The notes: generated from the letters alone by a model not told the origin. A stretch of 51,814 nt of DNA from an uncultured Oscillospiraceae bacterium (GCA_964522305.1 CAZFVM010000001.1:1-51814); one strand, 5' to 3'; positions 27,377 to 38,078 are shown, numbered from the stretch's first letter. A program made the numbers and translations.

Positions 27377-28183
27377 TTATAGCCCGAACAAACCCTCGGC
27401 GGTCTTGTACAGAATGTTTTGCTTGTCTTCTTCGGACAGGGGAAGGGCTAAAATATCTTTATAAGCGTTTTTTGTTGTCTGTAACGGATAATCCGAACCG
27501 AACATAACTCTGTCCGAGCCGTGGTCGGATATCATACCGCAAAGCTCCTCCTGAGTAAGCCCCACCAGAGCATCGGAAGTATCGGTATACACCGGGGTCC
27601 CAATTAAGACTTCTCGGGCTGCCTCCCAAGATTTATATCCGCACATATGAGCGGCTATCGCCTTTAGGGCAGGGATTTTGTTGATTATGTTGTATATTCG
27701 ATAGGGGGAGGAAAAGTCGCTGTTTTCGTCTCCCGCATGGAACAAAATCGGTAAGTCAAGGTCCAGACAGGCGAAATAAAAATCGAACAAATCCTCTCTG
27801 TCCGCTTCGAAACCCTGAAAATCCGGATGCAGTTTTACCCCCTTTGCTCCTATTGACTTTGCCCGTTGCAGTTCTTTTATCCCCCGGGTTGCTCCCATGT
27901 CGGGATGAAAGGTGCAAAGGGGAATTAAACTTTTTTGTCGGGTTGATACAGAAACCAAAAAGTCGTTGGTGTTGACCACGGTGTCCGGGTTGGTAGCGGC
28001 AGCCGAGATAATATAAGTAATATTATCAAAGCCGTCTCCGCCTTTTATGAGCCCCGATACCGTTCCGTCCCCTTGGCGGGAAAGGTTGTAATATTCCACT
28101 ACTTTGTCCGCCGCTTTGATGGCGATTCGATCGGGAAATACATGGGTGTGGGCGTCTATTATCCTTTGGTTTGTTGTTTTCAT
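27377..28183 (-). CDS. Amidohydrolase-family metal-dependent hydrolase
   Basis: 268 aa with N-terminal IDAHTHVFP metal-binding motif and TIM-barrel amidohydrolase-like spacing of His/Asp residues. Confidence 0.7.
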   Translation of the reverse strand: MKTTNQRIIDAHTHVFPDRIAIKAADKVVEYYNLSRQGDGTVSGLIKGGDGFDNITYIISAAATNPDTVVNTNDFLVSVSTRQKSLIPLCTFHPDMGATRGIKELQRAKSIGAKGVKLHPDFQGFEADREDLFDFYFACLDLDLPILFHAGDENSDFSSPYRIYNIINKIPALKAIAAHMCGYKSWEAAREVLIGTPVYTDTSDALVGLTQEELCGMISDHGSDRVMFGSDYPLQTTKNAYKDILALPLSEEDKQNILYKTAEGLFGL

Positions 28184-28280
28184 GTTGTTCTTTCCATGGA
28201 GTAAATAAATACAAAATATCGGGGCGAGTTGTTACCCACCCCGATAGATTTGTGTCTTGTTGGTGCAAAAACTTTGAGGC

Positions 28281-28697
28281 TTATTCTTCCTCGTCGTCCT
28301 CGTAGTCTTCTTCTTCCTTGGAGACTGTCAGAGTGTTGTCGCAATAGGGGCAGACCACTGTGTCGTTGTCCTCTACTTCGTCGTAATCCAGACAGATAAT
28401 CTCTCCACAAGCGGGGCATTCCAAATCTACGCAGTCGTCACAATCGTCATAGTCATAGTAATCTTCGTCGCCGTCAAAATCATAAACAAATCTTTCTAAT
28501 TCGCCCAAGTCCTCGTCTAACTCTTCTGCATAGTCGGCAAGTCCGGCGGCTTCGTCCTCTAAGTCGAGAACGGACAAGGATAAATCCTCGAGCAGGTCAG
28601 CTATAGCTGCAAAAAGTTTACCTTCCTTTGTAGACTTGTCATAATCCATGCCCTCTAATAATCCTTTGATGAAGGCAGCTTTCTCCGAAATATTCAT
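28281..28697 (-). CDS. Hyper-acidic zinc-ribbon protein (resembles the CD1247 N-terminal domain family)
   Basis: 138 aa. By my count it has 50 D/E against 7 K/R. Cys pattern CDDC...CPAC...CPYC. A stem ATCGGGG/CCCCGAT followed by a T-rich run lies downstream at 28222-28253. Confidence 0.6.
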   Translation of the reverse strand: MNISEKAAFIKGLLEGMDYDKSTKEGKLFAAIADLLEDLSLSVLDLEDEAAGLADYAEELDEDLGELERFVYDFDGDEDYYDYDDCDDCVDLECPACGEIICLDYDEVEDNDTVVCPYCDNTLTVSKEEEDYEDDEEE

Positions 28698-28806
28698 AGC
28701 GTTGCTCCTTGTGTAATGTAGTTAGGTTATTGAGGGAACCTACAAACCTTATATAAAAAATACGTGTAGTGCCATATCTAAGTCATCCGAATGCGGATGC
28801 ACTTTG

Positions 28807-29364
28807 TCATACCCGTTCTAAATATTCTCCCGTACGGGTATCTATCTTAACCACATCCCCCTCATTGATAAAGATGGGAACCTTTATAACAGCCCCTGTC
28901 TCTAAGGTGGCAGGTTTTGTCACATTGGTAGCGGTGTTGCCCCGGACTCCGGGCTCGCTCTCGGTGACTGCCAGCTCTACAAACATGGGAGGTTCTACCG
29001 AAAAAACATTGCCCTTGTGGGATACCAATCTCACCGTGAACCCTTCCTTGACGAACTTGAAGTTCTCGGGCAACAGGTCTTTGTTTATCGGAACTTGGTC
29101 ATAGGTCTCCATATCCATGAAGTAATACAAATCCCCGTCGTTGTAGCTGTATTCCATATCCTTGCGTTCTATCATGGCGGTGGGGAACTTGGCGCTGGGG
29201 TTGAAAGTGGTCTCGGTCACCGAACCTGTAATGACGTTCCTGATCTTTGCCCTTACAAATGCGGCTCCCTTGCCCGGCTTTACATGCTGAAACTCGATAA
29301 CCTGTACAACGTTTCCCTCCATCTCAAAGGTCAAACCGTTCCTAAAATCACCGGCAGAAATCAT
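28807..29364 (-). CDS. efp: Elongation factor P
   Basis: [46 protein letters not shown] at 29364 with AGGAGG upstream. The ORF-track N-terminal extension was rejected. Confidence 0.95.
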   Translation of the reverse strand: MISAGDFRNGLTFEMEGNVVQVIEFQHVKPGKGAAFVRAKIRNVITGSVTETTFNPSAKFPTAMIERKDMEYSYNDGDLYYFMDMETYDQVPINKDLLPENFKFVKEGFTVRLVSHKGNVFSVEPPMFVELAVTESEPGVRGNTATNVTKPATLETGAVIKVPIFINEGDVVKIDTRTGEYLERV

Positions 29365-29473
29365 AACTCCTCCTAACTTATAAAGGAAAATGCCAGAGGT
29401 ATAAAATGCGAATGGAATAAAACACCAAAGAGGCATTTCGTTTTATAAAATAAAATTAAATACTATACAATAT

Positions 29474-29502
29474 ATTCTATATAAGACCCGGGTTTTTGTC
29501 AA
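29474..29502 (-). promoter_or_regulatory. Sigma-A-like promoter upstream of efp
   Basis: On the minus strand: TTGACA (29502-29497), 17-nt spacer, TAGAAT (29479-29474). Confidence 0.5.
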
Positions 29503-29545
29503 GTTTTATTTGTCGCATTAGTCTTTTTTATAAAATCTTGATTTT

Positions 29546-30625
29546 TTAAATCTCGATAAGTTGCTTTGGCGAACCGGTCAAGTTTTTTGACCCTTCCTTT
29601 GTCACCAGCACCATGTCTTCTATCCTGACACCGAACTGCCCGGGCAGATAAATCCCCGGCTCTACGGTCATTACCGCACCGGCGGGTATAGGATGGCTCC
29701 ATCCAGAGGCAAACCTCGGGGATTCGTGAATCTCCAGTCCCAATGAATGACCGGTGGAGTGCCCGAAGTAATCGCCATAGCCCTTGTGGACTATATGGTC
29801 TCGGGCGGCTGCGTCGACTACACTGCCCAAGACTCCCTCTCGAACCGTGTCAATGGCTTTGTTATGGGCGGTCAGTACGGTTTCGTAGACCTGTTTCATC
29901 TCCGGCGTGGCTTTTCCTATTACTATGGTTCGAGTCATATCCGAGCAATAGCCTTTGTACTTTGTGCCAAAATCCATGGTTACAAAGGTGTCGGTTCCAA
30001 GGGGAGAGTCCGAGGGCTCACCGTGGGGGAGGGAACTGTTTTTTCCCGCCACCGCAATAGTGTCAAAAGCCATTTTTTCTCCGCCGTGGCGCTTACAATA
30101 ATATTCTATCTCCGCTGCCAGTTGCAGCTCGGTCATATCTTTGTTGATAATCCCCAGGATATGTTTAAATGCTCCGTCGTTTATCTCTTGGGCGGTCTTG
30201 ATTCTCTTAATCTCTTCCGGGTCTTTGATTTGTCTGAGTTTTGAGGTTATATCCGCGACCCCTTCTACTGTTGCGGGTATCTTACCGGTCAGAGTCTCCG
30301 CCAGGTTGACGGTCAGGAGGTTCTTGTCAAAGGCGAGTTTTTGCAGAGAGTGTTGCTTTATATAGTCACTTAGAGCCTCGACCGCCCTTTTTGTGAGAAG
30401 GTAAGGGGTGACCCCGAGCTTCAAATCCCCGGCGGATTTCGCCCTCGCTGCCGCTTCATAATATCGACTGTCTATCATAAGGGCAGTCTCTGACTCTGTT
30501 ATTACAACAACCCCGTCGGTGGAAAAAAATCCGGTCAGATAATATTGATTTATCGGGTCTAAAAACATAGCCGAATCAAACCCGGAGTCAGACAGGGTTT
30601 TTATTATATTGGCAGAAGGTTCCAT
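29546..30625 (-). CDS. pepP: M24-family Xaa-Pro aminopeptidase
   Basis: 359 aa with a creatinase-like N-domain and pita-bread fold motifs (DFG..YKGYCSD, GHSTGHSLGLEIHE, EPG). The position upstream of efp is the classic one. Confidence 0.85.
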   Translation of the reverse strand: MEPSANIIKTLSDSGFDSAMFLDPINQYYLTGFFSTDGVVVITESETALMIDSRYYEAAARAKSAGDLKLGVTPYLLTKRAVEALSDYIKQHSLQKLAFDKNLLTVNLAETLTGKIPATVEGVADITSKLRQIKDPEEIKRIKTAQEINDGAFKHILGIINKDMTELQLAAEIEYYCKRHGGEKMAFDTIAVAGKNSSLPHGEPSDSPLGTDTFVTMDFGTKYKGYCSDMTRTIVIGKATPEMKQVYETVLTAHNKAIDTVREGVLGSVVDAAARDHIVHKGYGDYFGHSTGHSLGLEIHESPRFASGWSHPIPAGAVMTVEPGIYLPGQFGVRIEDMVLVTKEGSKNLTGSPKQLIEI

Positions 30626-30657
30626 GGGTGCTCCTTTATATTACTAACAAGTATACT

Positions 30658-31539
30658 TTATTGTCCGGCTTTTATCCCGGATATGAGGGACTCCAACTCT
30701 TGCTTTGAGTAGTTATAGACTTTATCGCAAAACTGGCAACCTAAGGAGGTCTCTTCCGGGGAATCCAACAACCCCTGCAACTCTGTCTTACCCAAAGATA
30801 TCAGTGCGTTATCCGTTTTATCCCTGCTACAGTTACAAACATATCCGCATTGTATGGAGTCAAATACATCGTAGTCTATCCCGGTCAGATATGCGTCCAA
30901 AACCTCTAACGGAGTTTTGTCGGTCAACAACGAGGTGATAGGGGGTAAATTGGCGAGGTTCTTCTCGAAGACATCTACTATCGCTTCATCGGCAAAGGGT
31001 AAAAGCTGAAACAGCATTCCCCCCGTGGCTTTGCAGGTGTGGTCCCGGTCTATCAAAACACCTAAAGTGCAAGCGGTGGGGATTTGCTCGCTTAAGGCAT
31101 AGTAATAAACTATATCCTCGGCAATCTCTCCGCTTACAATATCCGAGACCCCCACATAGGGCTCTTTACCTCCGGTATCCCGCAGGACATACAAGTTACC
31201 CTTACCCACACAACCCCCGACATCCAGCTTCCCGGATTGGTTTAGCGGCAGGTCACACAAAGGGTTTTGGATAAACCCTCGCACGTTTCCCATATAGTCG
31301 CTGCTCGCTACTATGGTGCCGCCGGGTCCGTCCCCTTTTATCCTCAAGGTTAAGAGGTCGCTTTGGTTTCCCATCAGCGAACCCATAAGGGAGGCAGCCG
31401 TCAAGGTTCTGCCCAAAGCCGCCGAGGCGGTGGGGGCAGGGGAGTGAATCTCTATTGCCCGATTTATTATATCTATGGAATTAATGACCAATACCCTGGC
31501 AGAGCCGTCCTTGGTCATTGCTCTGATAATTTCTGCCAT
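30658..31539 (-). CDS. hslO: Redox-regulated chaperone Hsp33
   Basis: 293 aa with the C-terminal zinc centre CNCS...CQFC. Confidence 0.9.
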   Translation of the reverse strand: MAEIIRAMTKDGSARVLVINSIDIINRAIEIHSPAPTASAALGRTLTAASLMGSLMGNQSDLLTLRIKGDGPGGTIVASSDYMGNVRGFIQNPLCDLPLNQSGKLDVGGCVGKGNLYVLRDTGGKEPYVGVSDIVSGEIAEDIVYYYALSEQIPTACTLGVLIDRDHTCKATGGMLFQLLPFADEAIVDVFEKNLANLPPITSLLTDKTPLEVLDAYLTGIDYDVFDSIQCGYVCNCSRDKTDNALISLGKTELQGLLDSPEETSLGCQFCDKVYNYSKQELESLISGIKAGQ

Positions 31540-31551
31540 ATATAATCCTTT

Positions 31552-33951
31552 TTATTTAACCACTATATTGAAAATTCGGTTTTTTACATATATTTTTTTG
31601 ATTATTGTTTTGCCCTCCAGCAAGGGAGAGATTTTGTCGCTTTTTGAAACTATATCAAAAGCACTATCCTCATCACAGTCTAAGGGTAAGAGCAACACAT
31701 CCCGGACCCTGCCGTTGATTTGGACAGCTACTTCCACCTCATCGGTCTTTATCTTTTCCTCGTCATAAGTAGGCCAGGGGGCTAAAGAACAAAGTCCGAC
31801 TCCACCCAAGTGCTCCCACATCTCTTCGCTTATATGGGGGGCAAAGGGGGACAGAATAACCGAGAAGGTCTTTAGGGTTTCCGGGTCGGTGCCGCCCTTT
31901 GCATATATTTCGTTGACCAGGCTCATCATAGAAGCAATGGCGGTGTTAAACTTCATCTCTTCTATGTCTTCGGTCACTTTTTTTATGGTTAGATGGAGGG
32001 CTCGCTCTATGTCTTGGTCTTTGTCCGGGACTATCATCTCTGCGAGATGGGCAAAACGGTCCAAAAACCGCTTGCAGCCCTTTACCCCGTTGGTGGACCA
32101 GGACGCAGCTTTTTCAAAATCCCCGATAAACATCTCATACAGGCGCATGGTATCCGCACCGAACTCTTCGACAACATCATCGGGATTGATTACATTGCCC
32201 CGGGATTTGCTCATTTTTTCCCCGTCTTCTCCGAGAATCATTCCGTGGGCAGTCCTCTTGAGATAGGGTTCGGGGCAGGACAAATAACCTTCGTCATACA
32301 AGAACTTTGACCAAAAACGGGAATAAAGCATATGTAGGGTGGCGTGTTCCATCCCGCCGTTGTACCAATCCACCGGCATCCAATAATCCAGTGCCTCCCG
32401 AGCCGCAAAAACTTCTGTGTTGGTCGGGTCGCAGTACCTAAGGAAGTACCAGGAAGACCCTGCCCATTGGGGCATGGTGTCGGTCTCTCTCTTACCCGGT
32501 CCTTTGCACTTCGGGCAGGTGGTATTGACCCAGTCGGTTATGGCAGACAAGGGGCTCTCTCCGCTGTCGGTGGGTTGATAGGACTCCACCTCCGGCAGCA
32601 GTACCGGCAACTCGGACTCCTCCACCGGTTGCCAACCGCAGTGGTCACACCACACAAGGGGAATAGGCTCGCCCCAATATCTTTGGCGGGCAAACACCCA
32701 ATCCCTCAGCTTGTAGTTTACCTTTTTTTGACCCAGATTATTTTCTATCAAATATCGGGTCATTTTTTTCTGGGCTTCCTGTACCTCAAGTCCGTTTATA
32801 AACCCGGAGTTTATAAGAACCCCCGTATCCACATCGGTATAAGCTTCCTTTGATATATCGCCGCCGCCTACCACCTCGACTATAGGCAGGTCGAAGGTCT
32901 TTGCAAACTCATAGTCCCGCTCGTCGTGGGCAGGTACTGCCATTATAGCCCCTGTGCCATAGGTGATAAGGACATAGTCCGAGACAAAAATAGGGATTTC
33001 TTTATTGTTTACCGGATTGATGGCATATACCCCTTCCAGCTTTACACCGGTTTTGTCTTTGACCAACTCGGTACGCTCGAAATCGCTTTTTTTGGCAGCT
33101 TCTTCCTTGTATGCTTGGATTTCGTCGTAGTTGGAAAGCTTATCCCTCCACTCGTCTATATAAGGGTGCTCGGGGGCGATAACCATGTAGGTTGCGCCAA
33201 AGAGAGTGTCGGCTCTGGTGGTAAAGACCTTAAGTTTTTGGTCTGTGGAGGTGGAAAAACTAACCTCGGCACCGTAAGACCTGCCTATCCAGTTGCGTTG
33301 GGCAAGCTTTACTCTGTCTATATAATCCAAGTCCTCCAAGTCATCCAGGAGCTTGTCGGCGTATTCTGTTATCTTGAGCATCCATTGGGTCTTTGCCCGA
33401 CGAACCACTTGGCTGTGGCATCGCTCGCACTCCCCGCTTATTACTTCTTCGTTGGCAAGCACCACCTTACAAGAGGTACACCAGTTGACCGTCATTTCTT
33501 TTTTGTAGGCGAGACCTTTGTTAAAGAGCTTTAAGAAAATCCACTGGGTCCACTTATAATAGCTCGGATCGGTGGTATTAACCTCCCGAGACCAGTCAAA
33601 GGAAAGCCCCAGAGCCTTTAGTTGGCTCTTAAACCGTGCCACGTTGTTTTTTGTTACCGTGGCGGGGTGAATTTTGTGCTCTATGGCATAGTTCTCGGTG
33701 GGTAGTCCGAAGGCGTCCCAACCCATGGGAAAAAGTACATTATAGCCCTGCATCCTGCGTTTTCTTGCCACTATGTCCAAGGCGGTATAAGGGCGGGGGT
33801 GCCCCACATGGAGTCCCATGCCCGAGGGGTAGGGGAACTCTATGAGGGCATAGTACTTTTCTTTGGTGTAGTCGTTGGAGGCGGCAAAGGCTTCACGCTG
33901 CTCCCATATCTTCTGCCATTTTGCTTCAATGGTCTTAAAATCGTGTTTCAT
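31552..33951 (-). CDS. leuS: Leucine--tRNA ligase
   Basis: 799 aa with [13 protein letters not shown] (HIGH region) and the KMSKS motif. Confidence 0.95.
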   Translation of the reverse strand: MKHDFKTIEAKWQKIWEQREAFAASNDYTKEKYYALIEFPYPSGMGLHVGHPRPYTALDIVARKRRMQGYNVLFPMGWDAFGLPTENYAIEHKIHPATVTKNNVARFKSQLKALGLSFDWSREVNTTDPSYYKWTQWIFLKLFNKGLAYKKEMTVNWCTSCKVVLANEEVISGECERCHSQVVRRAKTQWMLKITEYADKLLDDLEDLDYIDRVKLAQRNWIGRSYGAEVSFSTSTDQKLKVFTTRADTLFGATYMVIAPEHPYIDEWRDKLSNYDEIQAYKEEAAKKSDFERTELVKDKTGVKLEGVYAINPVNNKEIPIFVSDYVLITYGTGAIMAVPAHDERDYEFAKTFDLPIVEVVGGGDISKEAYTDVDTGVLINSGFINGLEVQEAQKKMTRYLIENNLGQKKVNYKLRDWVFARQRYWGEPIPLVWCDHCGWQPVEESELPVLLPEVESYQPTDSGESPLSAITDWVNTTCPKCKGPGKRETDTMPQWAGSSWYFLRYCDPTNTEVFAAREALDYWMPVDWYNGGMEHATLHMLYSRFWSKFLYDEGYLSCPEPYLKRTAHGMILGEDGEKMSKSRGNVINPDDVVEEFGADTMRLYEMFIGDFEKAASWSTNGVKGCKRFLDRFAHLAEMIVPDKDQDIERALHLTIKKVTEDIEEMKFNTAIASMMSLVNEIYAKGGTDPETLKTFSVILSPFAPHISEEMWEHLGGVGLCSLAPWPTYDEEKIKTDEVEVAVQINGRVRDVLLLPLDCDEDSAFDIVSKSDKISPLLEGKTIIKKIYVKNRIFNIVVK

Positions 33952-33997
33952 ATTGTAATAAATTCCTTTTGCTCTTTATGATTTACGGGTATTTTGG

Positions 33998-34987
33998 TTA
34001 CTCTTCTTCGTTTATTTTCTCTGCTCGAGGAGGTTGATTCCAGAGTTTTTCCAGCTTATAAAAATCCCTGCCCTCTCCGTTGAAAATATGCACAATGACC
34101 GAGCCGTAGTCCAATAATATCCAAGTGTTGCCGGTATAGCCTTCTATATGGTTTGGTTTGATTTGCAGTTTTTCGAAGGTTAGTTTTTCCACATCATCTG
34201 CCAGGGATTTTACATGGGTGACGGAGGTTCCGCTGCCGATTACAAAATAATCTGCCAGAACCGTTTGTTTCCCCACCTCAATCATGGTCGGGTCTATTCC
34301 TTTTTTATCCTCTAAGATTCCCAGAATAGCGGTTGCCAGTTCCAAGGCTTTTTGGGCCTGTTCCTTTTCTTGGGTCATGTTATCCTTCCTTTCGGTTGTT
34401 ATTTTGTCGTAATACTCTTTGGCTTTTATAGTCATGGGGTCTAAGGTCTTACCCTCTAAGTTTAGATAGTCTATAGTCTGCTCAAAGGAAAAGGCGATCG
34501 CCTTGTTTAGCGCATAGGTTTTGTCCGGGTGGTTTGCGTAAAGGTGTTCGTAATACTCACGGACCGCAACGCAGTAAGGGTCTGTCCTGTTGGGCTCAAT
34601 ATAATCCGCAAAATACAGGCACTTTTCCGGGTCGGTCATATTCGGTCTGCCGGTGGTGTGATAATAAATCGCCGATTGAATGTAGTCGGGCAGTCCATAT
34701 ACCTCCCGGGCGATTGCCGCCGCGGTCTTTGCGTGGTAGAGCTTCTGTAATCCTTGGCTCTCCGGGGGTATTGTAATGGAATAGGTCTCGCAAAGCTCCT
34801 TTTGTCGAGCTAAAGTGTATTCTTTGGTAAAGTCGTGGAGCAATGCCGCGGCAATCATCTCTTCTTTGTCTAACCCGGGGAAATGACGGTCGATTAAAAG
34901 GACCACCGCTTCTGCCACCCCCAAGGTGTGCAAAAACCGCTTTTTTGACAATTTTAGGTCTCTTTGTATCCGTTGGTTTAAGGTCAT
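33998..34987 (-). CDS. Single ORF fusing a YqeK-type HD phosphohydrolase to ribosome silencing factor RsfS
   Basis: Residues 1 to about 200 form an HD domain (LHTLGVAE...AALLHDFTKE...YYHTTG). Residues 204-329 are RsfS-like (ADYFVIGSGTSVTHVKSLADDV...WILLDYGSVIVHIF). There is no stop between the two parts. An internal ATG at 34378 is preceded by GGAAGGA. Confidence 0.8.
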   Translation of the reverse strand: MTLNQRIQRDLKLSKKRFLHTLGVAEAVVLLIDRHFPGLDKEEMIAAALLHDFTKEYTLARQKELCETYSITIPPESQGLQKLYHAKTAAAIAREVYGLPDYIQSAIYYHTTGRPNMTDPEKCLYFADYIEPNRTDPYCVAVREYYEHLYANHPDKTYALNKAIAFSFEQTIDYLNLEGKTLDPMTIKAKEYYDKITTERKDNMTQEKEQAQKALELATAILGILEDKKGIDPTMIEVGKQTVLADYFVIGSGTSVTHVKSLADDVEKLTFEKLQIKPNHIEGYTGNTWILLDYGSVIVHIFNGEGRDFYKLEKLWNQPPRAEKINEEE

Positions 34988-35571
34988 CAGTCTTTGTATA
35001 GCCCTCTTTCTGATATATATTTCGCCACCCCGATCGGCAGATAGTCCTCAGTCGGCGTAACCCTCAGCTGGGTGGATGATATTTTGACAGGGATATATGT
35101 AAGCAGGGTTATATCCGCACAATATTGATTCTTAACCTTGTCCATGACCTCGGTTATGTCGGCACCGGAGCGCAGGGCTATATAAAGGGAAGTGTTGTTT
35201 AATAAATACTTGGGTCTTTTCCACTTATCGAAGATAAGCAGGTTGTCGTCCCCGATTAACAGGCAAAGGGTGGCGTCGGGATAGGTCTTTTTGAAGTGGG
35301 AGACGGTTTTGTAGGTATAACTTACCCCTTTTTGCCGTATCTCGTAATCGTCTACAGTGACCTTTTCCATATCGGCAAAGGCTATCTTTAGCATAGCCAT
35401 CCTGTCGGCAGCCAACGCCCCGACTTTCGCTTGGTTTGCTTTTAGGGGCGGGGAGGAGTTGGGTATAACAAAGAGGCGGTCCAAATCAGCTTCGGCAATA
35501 AAAGCTCGTGCCGCCTCAACATGTCCGATATGTACCGGGTTGAAGGTTCCTCCGTATATACCGATTCTCAT
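34987..35571 (-). CDS. nadD: Nicotinate-nucleotide adenylyltransferase
   Basis: MRIGIYGGTFNPVHIGH, the nucleotidyltransferase (H/T)IGH motif. The stop overlaps the yqeK start (TGATG). Confidence 0.9.
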   Translation of the reverse strand: MRIGIYGGTFNPVHIGHVEAARAFIAEADLDRLFVIPNSSPPLKANQAKVGALAADRMAMLKIAFADMEKVTVDDYEIRQKGVSYTYKTVSHFKKTYPDATLCLLIGDDNLLIFDKWKRPKYLLNNTSLYIALRSGADITEVMDKVKNQYCADITLLTYIPVKISSTQLRVTPTEDYLPIGVAKYISERGLYKD

Positions 35572-35583
35572 AATCTCTTCCTT

Positions 35584-35877
35584 TTATTTTGGCAGGACTA
35601 TCGAGGGGTTTTTTACCGAAGGACGGTATATTACCACCTTTCTGCCTATCACTTGGACCGGCTCACAATCTAACCGGTCGCACAATTCCGACATTGTCTC
35701 CTTTGGGGACAGCGGGCTGGTTTCCAACAAATGTATTTTTATAAGTTCTCTTGCTTCCAGGGCGTCGGATAAGGTCTTTATCAGATTGTCGCTTATTCCA
35801 CCTTTGCCTATCTGGTGAAAGGTATCTAAATTGTTTGCCAAAGAGCGCAGGTATGCGCGTTGTTTTGTGCTAATCAT
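35584..35877 (-). CDS. yhbY: YhbY/CRM-domain RNA-binding ribosome assembly protein
   Basis: 97 aa, LRSLANNLDTFHQIGKGGISDNL...ELIKI, the typical CRS1/YhbY fold signature. Confidence 0.85.
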   Translation of the reverse strand: MISTKQRAYLRSLANNLDTFHQIGKGGISDNLIKTLSDALEARELIKIHLLETSPLSPKETMSELCDRLDCEPVQVIGRKVVIYRPSVKNPSIVLPK

Positions 35878-35890
35878 TTTGTCCTCTTTA

Positions 35891-37567
35891 TTATATGTAT
35901 TGTGTGTTTTTGGATAACATTTCTCTTGCCGTTTTTATGACAGTCTCGGTGAGACTTACTCCACCGATAATCCGCGCCAGCTCTGTCACCCGGTCCTCTC
36001 CCTTTAGGTCTGTTACCTTGGTGGAGGTCCTGCCCTCGGACTCGGATTTTGTGATGAGAAGATGGTTTTGCCCTCGGGAAGCGATCTGGGCTGAGTGGGT
36101 GACACAGATAACTTGACAGTTGTTGATAACCGCAGTCTCGGACAGCTTCATACCTATCTTGTCGCTGGTCTTGCCGGAGATACCGCTGTCTATCTCGTCA
36201 AAGATCATGACCGAATAATCCTTTTCTCCGACAATGCTCTTTAACGCCAACATCAATCGCGAAAGCTCTCCCCCCGAGGCTACTTTTGAGATAGGCTTGG
36301 GTTCTTCCCCTATATTGGCACTGATCAGGAAGTTTGTTGAGGTGTTGCCGGTTGGGGTATATTCGCCATCAATAAAGTCTATGACAAACTTCACCCCCGG
36401 CATATCCAGAAAGGTTAAGGTCTCTTCTACTTTGTTCTCCAAGACCTTGGCGGATGTGTATCTGCTTTGGTTGAGCTTATCGGAGGCGCCTTTTAAGGTT
36501 TGCTCCTGCTTTATTAAGTCTTCTTTTAGTTTTGCCAATATCTCTGCAGAGTATTCTATGGTGTCAAGCTCGGACTTTAAGTCCTCGAGCTCTGTCAGTA
36601 TATCCGGGATATCCTTCTTATACTTACGCTTTAGGGTGTTGATATACTCCAGCCGCTCCTCGATGACATCCAGTCGCTTTGCCGGGTCCCCTTCCTCGGG
36701 GTTGGTATAAGGCATAATCCTGTCGGAAATATCCTCCAGCTCATATTTTATCTCGGTTATCCGCTCGGTCATCTCTGCGGTTTCGGGAATAATGTCGGTC
36801 AGGCTTTGAAGAGCGGAGATGGTGGCTTCCAATCGGTCGGCAATACTGTTGCCGGTCCTGTAAAGGTTGTCAAAGGCGAGGTTGGCGCTTTGGATTATCT
36901 TTTCTGTGTTTATCAGCAAAACCCGTTCCTGCTTTAGTTCTTCCTCTTCTTTTACACTCAGGGCGGCTTTTTCTATTTCGTTTATCTTATGCTTTATTAT
37001 CTCGAGCCGAAAGGTTTTGTCCTCTTCGGCTTGTTTGAGTTTTTGTTGTTTTTTTATTAGGGAGGTGTATTCGTTATACTCCCGTTGGTATTCCTGCAGT
37101 TGGAGGGAGTTTGCAGCGAAGGCATCCAGCAAGGCCAACTGTTTTTTCTCTTCTGCCAACACCTGGGTGTCCTGCTGTCCGTGGAGGGCGATTAGTATGT
37201 CTGCTACTTCTTTAAGCCTAAAGAGGGGGACTTGCCTGCCGTTTATTCGAGCAACAGATCTGCCGTCGGAGCTCAATCGTCGGGAAAGATACACAAACCC
37301 GTCTTCATCGGGGTAGATATCCAGCTCGGCGAGCTGGGTTGAGGCGGTGGGGGATAAGTCAGAAAAAACCCCTTCTACCAAAGCCTGGTCCTCCCCGGTA
37401 CGGATGATGCTTTTGTCCCCTCGGGCACCGCAGAGCAAAGAGATGGAATCGACAAGTATGCTTTTTCCCGCACCGGTCTCCCCGGTAAGAACGGTAAAGC
37501 CCCTGCCGATTTCCAGATTGATATTCTTAATCAAGGCGATGTTTTCGATGTGTACGGATACTAACAT
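35891..37567 (-). CDS. recN: DNA repair protein RecN
   Basis: 558 aa with the SMC-like Walker A GETGAGKS, a long coiled coil, and C-terminal signature ASGGELSR and FDEIDSGISG. Confidence 0.95.
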   Translation of the reverse strand: MLVSVHIENIALIKNINLEIGRGFTVLTGETGAGKSILVDSISLLCGARGDKSIIRTGEDQALVEGVFSDLSPTASTQLAELDIYPDEDGFVYLSRRLSSDGRSVARINGRQVPLFRLKEVADILIALHGQQDTQVLAEEKKQLALLDAFAANSLQLQEYQREYNEYTSLIKKQQKLKQAEEDKTFRLEIIKHKINEIEKAALSVKEEEELKQERVLLINTEKIIQSANLAFDNLYRTGNSIADRLEATISALQSLTDIIPETAEMTERITEIKYELEDISDRIMPYTNPEEGDPAKRLDVIEERLEYINTLKRKYKKDIPDILTELEDLKSELDTIEYSAEILAKLKEDLIKQEQTLKGASDKLNQSRYTSAKVLENKVEETLTFLDMPGVKFVIDFIDGEYTPTGNTSTNFLISANIGEEPKPISKVASGGELSRLMLALKSIVGEKDYSVMIFDEIDSGISGKTSDKIGMKLSETAVINNCQVICVTHSAQIASRGQNHLLITKSESEGRTSTKVTDLKGEDRVTELARIIGGVSLTETVIKTAREMLSKNTQYI

Positions 37568-37569
37568 AA

Positions 37570-38031
37570 TCAGTGACTTTGCTTAATCAGTTTTTTGAAC
37601 TCGTTGTATATATTCAAAGCCGCGCTCGGGTCTCGGGTTATCACCAGCAAAGTGTCGTCTCCGGCAAGGGAGCCTATAACCCCGGGTAAAGTCATTGAGT
37701 CTACGGCTGCCCCGGCGGCGCTCCCCATACCGGTATAGGTCTTTATCACCACCAGGTTCCCGGCATAATCCGCTTCCTTCATGGCTTGACTCAATATGAC
37801 CGAAAAACGCCCGCTTATCATATCTTTTTCTGCCTCGGCGTTCTTGGCATATTTATAGCGGTTTTTCTCCAGGGAGACCTTCACCAACCCCAGTTGGCGT
37901 ATATCCCTGGAAATGGTGGCTTGGGTCGCGGAAAACCCCATCAACTCCAGCTCACGGGAGAGCTCTTGCTGGGTATTTATTTCATGTTTTTCGATGATAT
38001 CAAGGATTGCCTGTCTTCGACTCTTGGTCAT
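37570..38031 (-). CDS. argR: Arginine repressor
   Basis: MTKSRRQAILDIIEKHEINTQQEL...TISRDI winged helix plus a C-terminal oligomerisation domain (GTLAGDDT-like GSLAGDDTLLV). ATG at 38031 has GAGG 8 nt upstream. The GTG at 38040 is an alternative start. Confidence 0.9.
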   Translation of the reverse strand: MTKSRRQAILDIIEKHEINTQQELSRELELMGFSATQATISRDIRQLGLVKVSLEKNRYKYAKNAEAEKDMISGRFSVILSQAMKEADYAGNLVVIKTYTGMGSAAGAAVDSMTLPGVIGSLAGDDTLLVITRDPSAALNIYNEFKKLIKQSH

Positions 38032-38078
38032 TAAAAACACCTCTGCTGCTTTGATTTGGGCTTTTTTTGCCTCACCCT

